Source of the DNA: Nitrospirota bacterium
GTDB taxonomy: Bacteria; Nitrospirota; Thermodesulfovibrionia; UBA6902
Assembly (NCBI GenBank): GCA_016214845.1
Contig: JACRMS010000032.1
Location: 18,655 to 82,654, forward strand
DNA: 64,000 nucleotides
Direction: 5' to 3'
Position 1 is the first letter of the stretch. Each line of letters starts with the position of its first letter. Below are positions 59,124 through 64,000 of the stretch, one piece after another. The notes below the pieces were generated by a model, which saw only the letters and a program-made list of their open reading frames with translations, had not been told where the DNA came from and did not search any database. The translations under genes and the position numbers were made by a program.

Positions 59124-60008
59124 GTGCTATTCTATGAAGCGCTGATGATAAATACCGTCGAAGATATTAAAAAGCTGTTTGAAAGCCTGGAGGCCGTGCT
59201 CGGGGCCATCGGAAACGGGATCAGTATACAGGACATTTCCCTCAGGATACTGTACCAGAACAGCATTCACAAAAATCTGACCGGGGACCATGCCGGTGAG
59301 TGTTGTTTCAGCGCGTACAAAAAAAGGGACTGTGCCTGTGAAGACTGTCCGGTTGTGAAGGCGTTTAGTGACGGCGGCATCCACTCCGTGAAAAGAAGCG
59401 CCCCTGTAAACGGGGAGATGAGACACTTTGAAATTATTGCTTCGCCGTTAAAAGATTCCGAAGGAAATATAATCGCCGGGATAGAGATATTGCATGACAT
59501 AACTGAATTCAGGGAAACAGTGGAGGCCCTTGAGGAATCGCAAAAGAAATACCGCGCCCTTGTCGATACAGCCCTCGTTGGAATATTCAAGACAAATACC
59601 GGAGGCGATATCCTGTATGTCAATGATGCGTTGATAACGATGTTTGAATTTAATTCCGCTGAAGAGCTGATGCGGGAAAAGGTGGTTATAAGATATAAGG
59701 ACCCGAGCGACAGGAATGTCTTTATTGAAGGACTGAGGCAGAATGGACGGGTACAGGGATTTGAAACCAGGCTGATTACAAAAACCGGCAAGAACAAAAA
59801 TGTATTAGTGGATGCGGCGCTGGACGGAGACATGATTTCAGGGGTGCTGATGGATATCACCGACCGGATTGAGCTTGAACATTCGCTCCAGGAGAGGTTG
59901 AAAGAGCTTCAAGACTTTTATGACATGGCTGTCGGCAGGGAAATGAAGATGGTGGACCTTAAGAAAGAGGTCGCCAGGCTGAAGGAAGAATTGGAGAAAT
60001 ACCGTTGA
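59124..60008 (+). CDS. Tandem PAS-domain protein with no output domain (C-terminal coiled coil)
   Basis: Two PAS-like blocks with a Cys cluster (CCFSAYKKRDCACEDC) in the first. The ORF-track start is a GTG; an ATG lies at 59145. Confidence 0.55.
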   Translation: MLFYEALMINTVEDIKKLFESLEAVLGAIGNGISIQDISLRILYQNSIHKNLTGDHAGECCFSAYKKRDCACEDCPVVKAFSDGGIHSVKRSAPVNGEMRHFEIIASPLKDSEGNIIAGIEILHDITEFRETVEALEESQKKYRALVDTALVGIFKTNTGGDILYVNDALITMFEFNSAEELMREKVVIRYKDPSDRNVFIEGLRQNGRVQGFETRLITKTGKNKNVLVDAALDGDMISGVLMDITDRIELEHSLQERLKELQDFYDMAVGREMKMVDLKKEVARLKEELEKYR

Positions 60009-60068
60009 CCAAGTGAAACAATTTCGGGGAGGGATTTTTCCCTCCCCGAAAAGCAGTTTTTTACTAAC

Positions 60069-62732
60069 TTACGGAGTTGTTACAAACACCACGTTGGACC
60101 AGGCGGAATTACCAACAGCGTTTGTCGCGCGAACCCGGTAATAGAAGTTGAATATGCGCAATACATTCTGATTGAATGTTGTCACGTTGGCTCCAACGTT
60201 ATACGTTGTTGGAGCGGCAAAGCCCGGAGTAAGTGAGCGTTGAATCGTAAAACCGGCCTCGTTGTTGGCATTGTCCGTCCAGTTGAGGGAGACCCTGTCC
60301 TGCAATAAGTTGCCGGCAATCCGTACCGCCGCGCCCCTCAGTCCCGTCGGCGCCGCCGGAGTAAAGAAATTCACGACAGCGATGTTCGAGGCTGCGGAAG
60401 AACCGAGGGCGTTCAGTGCGGTCACATAGTACCGATACGTGGTGCCCGCCACCAACGGATTGGCTGCTGTGTCGTTGTTGTTGAACGTCACGTTACCGCC
60501 TGTTGCCGCGGACTGGGCAGCGGTGCGGTTCACTGTTCCGACTTGGGAGAAGACGCCGCCGTTAGCGGAGCGCCAGACCACAAAGCTCGTCTCATTGTTG
60601 GATGCGTCGATCCAGGTCAGTCTGATTTGTGTAGCTGAAATGATCACTGCCGCCAGGTTTGTCGGCGCTACGGGGCCGGCCGGCATGGTGACCGACACGG
60701 TGTTGGAGGGCGTCGAATCCATGGTTACGGTCGGGAAGCCGACTGCAGGAGCAGCGTAAATCTCAGTATCGCCCACGGTATTATTAGCAAACACCCTGTA
60801 GTAATATGTCGTGGCACCCGACACCGTCGTATCCGTGAAGGTGGTCAAGAGGGGATCCACGGTGAAGCTCATGAGGTTGGCTGTGAAGAGGGAATCCGTG
60901 GCCCTCTGGATGGTGAACCCCGTATCATTGATTGAGTTGTCCAACCAGTTCAGGTCGACCCGAAGTCCCGGTCCTGAAATAGCCGTCAGACCTGTCGGCG
61001 CCACCGGCGCCACTGCAAACGCCAGCGAATGCATCATGTCCATCTCTTCATGGGCGAGAATGTGGCAGTGCCACACGTACTCCCAGCCAAAGTTTACTTC
61101 GTGGTTGTAGATCGCCGGGATCGCGTTTCCCTCTGGGTCGAACCATCCTGCTGGTGCAGGCGCGACCAGCGGGACGCCCGGAGGCAACGTCGGGTCAATC
61201 AGGCGGACGCTGTTAGGCACATCGAATGGGACCATTGCCGGCGTCGGTATGGTCGGTCTCATTGCGAGGTACGTGACCTCCAGCGGGTTGATCCTGAAGG
61301 TGTCTTTCCAACCCAGCTCGGTAGGGTCTGGCGGCAGCATAATCCCGTCTTGGCCCGTGCGGTTGATGAGCTGTGAGTTAAACAGGTGTGTGTGTATGGT
61401 GTGTGTATCCACGCCATTATGGAAGATTCTCCAGAGCTGAGTGCCATCGGGAAGAACTCCAATTTGACTCCCGGATACCGAGCCTTTGATGATATCGACG
61501 GGAGGGCTTGCAAAGCCGTAGGGTATCAAGGTATGGACTGGGGAGGTCAGGCTGGCGAGTCCCAGCATCCCGCTCATACGGCCGAACTGGGTGTCATAGA
61601 CGCCGCCCATCTCGTCATGCATTGCTTTCATCTCCAGCGGTATCGTTACAGCAGGCTGAAGAACCCCTGATTCGTTGATAGGCTGAAAGGTCTTCTGTGT
61701 ATCGGCAAGCTGCACGTATTGGCTCGCGCTGGCCGATGGGAAATTCGTCACGTTGTAAGCCGACTGATAAACTTTCTGCGGAATGATGATCGGATCCTCG
61801 GAGACCTCGAAGACGCCCCTCTTCGCTACTGTCTTAGCGAACACTGCGTTGAGATTCGCAAGAGTAACGTCAGGTGTGGTTGTAGTTAAGGGCAAGTTTA
61901 CCCTGATTTGCATGATAGTGCGGGTGTTGGGACCATAGCCGGGCTGCGTGGCGGGCGCGCCGCCCGTATCCATTTGGTTAGGCGTGCCAGTGTAGTAGTC
62001 GTAGTTCGTGACACCCGCCGGTAAAGGCGCAGGGGCATCGTTGTAGAGAATGAGTGTTTTGCCGGCGTAGGCGGAGAAGTCAACTACGACATCGGCCCGT
62101 TCCGCTGTTCCGAGAAGAAGTGAGTGCTGATTGACATTGCCGAAATTGAATGTTGTTGGGTTAAGGTTCCAGCCGACCGGTTGGCTGGGTACTACAACAG
62201 GCTTCGGCAGGAAGCCGCCTTCGGTGCCGATCTGAATCCAGTCCGGTCCTTTTGTCGCCGGATCGGGAATGCCGCTTGGCGTGTCCGCATATTGGTTCGC
62301 GGGTGCCACACCAACCGGGACCATCTTGACCTCTGTGCAGTTGGCAACCGGTGCAGCTCCATCGCACAACACCGTGCCGATAGTGCCGGGTGTTGTCGGC
62401 GTTGTCTTGTCAGCAGCTACATAGAGCTGCAGGTTTACCATACGGTCATCGCCGGCATTCAGGATGCGGAACCGGTAGGCCTTAGGCTCAACCTCCAAGT
62501 ATGGGTAGGCGGTGCCGTTGACAACCGGTGTGTCCATAAAGGCTTCGCCCGCCATAGAAGGGTTAGGCGTCCTGGTATGCAAGGAGGCTCCCATTGCGCT
62601 GCGCTGCAGTCGAATGCATCTGGCTCGGTGGTGCCGTTCAGAGTGCAGGTCGTCGGCGGCTGCGGGAGACAGTAAGGGTTTGGAACTGGTCCTACCTCGA
62701 TGCACCCCACCGGGAGCCCGTTGTTGTCGCAC
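60069..62732 (-). pseudogene. Multicopper oxidase, C-terminal part (cupredoxin domains with type-1 Cu site HCHxxxH...M) followed by three fibronectin-III-like repeats; continuous with 62459-64000 only through a frameshift
   Basis: HEVNFGWEYVWHCHILAHEEMDMMHS; three repeats beginning P(V/A)APTxL...L(N/T)W...NETGF. Overlaps the upstream ORF in another frame over 62459-62732. Confidence 0.6.
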
Positions 62733-64000
62733 ACGGGGGTCGGCTGAATGAACCAGGGACCATAGTGCCAGCGGCCGAAGGCATTAGTGCCGGTAACGTC
62801 CCACGGATTCTGGGCCGACATATAGACATGGGGATACCAGAGGTCCCCGGTATTAGGAACCGGCGGCGTTGTTCCCCAATTCCATGTAGGGTCCTGAGCG
62901 GCGATTGTAGTAGCGTCTACGAAGGTCCTGTCCATAATGACAAGTGGAATCCCAAGGTCAGGAAGGACCTTTAAATTATTCGGGTTTACTCCGGACAGGT
63001 TAGTCCCCTTGATCATGTCCTGCTCGACTTGGTCCGTCACAAGGTAACCCGCGGCCTCGCCCGCATATACATTGAGACGAGTGATGCCAAAAGAATGGTC
63101 GTGGTAGAACATCAACCTTGCGCTCTGAGCGTTGGTATAGTAGAAAGTCAGTGCTCCGGGTTCGGGATTCGGCATGTCGGGAACGTTACTCGCGCTTACG
63201 CCCTTAGGGTACGGGGTGTTTTCACCAGCCGGTGTTGTCCACTGGTGGGCCGTCCCATCACTGATCCATACAGTATTGTTGCCGTGGAGGTGGACGGTGG
63301 CGCGGTTCTGTGTATACATTTCACAGGACGTACCAGGTATCATCGGATCACAGTCCAGGCCCATGGCGTCCTTCGGGCCCATCCCGGACCCCATTACGGT
63401 AGTATCTACCGGCAGGAAGAGGTCTCCGCCGGAACCGGTGGGAAGCAGGTTATAAAATTTCAGGCGGACAGGCACACCCGGCTGACCTGGAATGCTGCCA
63501 CTTGCAACAATAACGGGTCCGAGAGAATGAGGGTAATCAACAGCGATAGCCTGAGAAAGGTCAGGCTTCAAAATCGGAGTGCCGTCCGGGTTTGTCAGAG
63601 TAATATGCTTGCTCACCCCAAAGTTATTCGGTGTCTCTAATTGCACGTAGCCCCGAAGTCTGGTCGGCGGCAGGTCAGAGTGCATTTTCTCCTCATACTC
63701 GACCAGGGCGATTTCGTAATAGTCAGAACCGGCGTAGGTCGTAGTATCGGCAACAGCAATCGGGATGTGCTGTCCGAGGGGGTCACCGCCAGGCGTCACA
63801 AGGCCGTTAGCTCCGGCAGACGTGAGACCCGGAAGTTTGTCTATGAATTTTCTGATGCCGCCGGTTAGAGGGCCGCCTATTGTTGCCGAAGCTATGGCGT
63901 CTGTGCCCGTCGCATCCGTAATGGTGACGGCAGGAGCGCTATACCCCGTGCCTCCGGTGTTGACCGTGATGGCGGTAATGACGCCGCCTACAACCGTTGC
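62459..64000 (-). pseudogene. Multicopper oxidase, N-terminal part (partial; reading frame open to the window edge)
   Basis: HLHGNNTVW and MFYHDHSFGIT copper-ligand motifs. No in-frame stop from 63799 to 64000, and the ORF-track 'start' at 63799 is an internal GTG. Confidence 0.6.

Noticed and set aside
62459-62732. Programmed -1 ribosomal frameshift joining the two multicopper-oxidase ORFs
   Set aside because: There is no X_XXY_YYZ slippery heptamer or downstream pseudoknot-like structure at the frame junction. An indel (assembly error or pseudogenisation) is the simpler explanation.

Overview
This 64-kb window looks like a Gram-negative (diderm) chromosome, about 50% GC, and is mostly core metabolism. 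Recognisable genes include guaA, purA, serA-serC, a glycogen-to-acetate block (glgP-pta-ackA-pfk-pyk), a rib operon with nusB and purB, lepA/lepB, lnt, hemL, ychF, rtcA, five tRNAs, a Mla/Pqi-like MCE lipid ABC transporter, a MexAB-OprM-type RND efflux operon, and a large frameshifted extracellular multicopper oxidase running off the right edge. I found no CRISPR array, rRNA, transposase or integrase.

Two lower-GC stretches of poorly characterised genes are the best candidates for something undescribed:
- **1028-3305:** a compact HipA-like kinase translationally coupled (ATGA overlap) to a DUF3037 protein, with a convergent acidic Met-rich protein.
- **6763-11074:** a minus-strand run of bpt, a nucleoside-phosphorylase/GT2 glycosyltransferase fusion, a ParB-like protein, a G-quadruplex-forming leader, and a SplB-like radical SAM enzyme.

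Other notable structure: nested inverted hairpin pairs bracketing an M29 aminopeptidase gene, in-frame heptanucleotide tandem repeats inside guaA, and a short inverted-repeat element present at two intergenic sites.

Coordinates of RNA genes and hairpins were counted by hand and may be off by 1-2 nt. The supplied ORF track uses alternative start codons (GTG/TTG shown as M), so several starts were re-evaluated against ATG/RBS context. Mis-framing and a missed small element remain possible.
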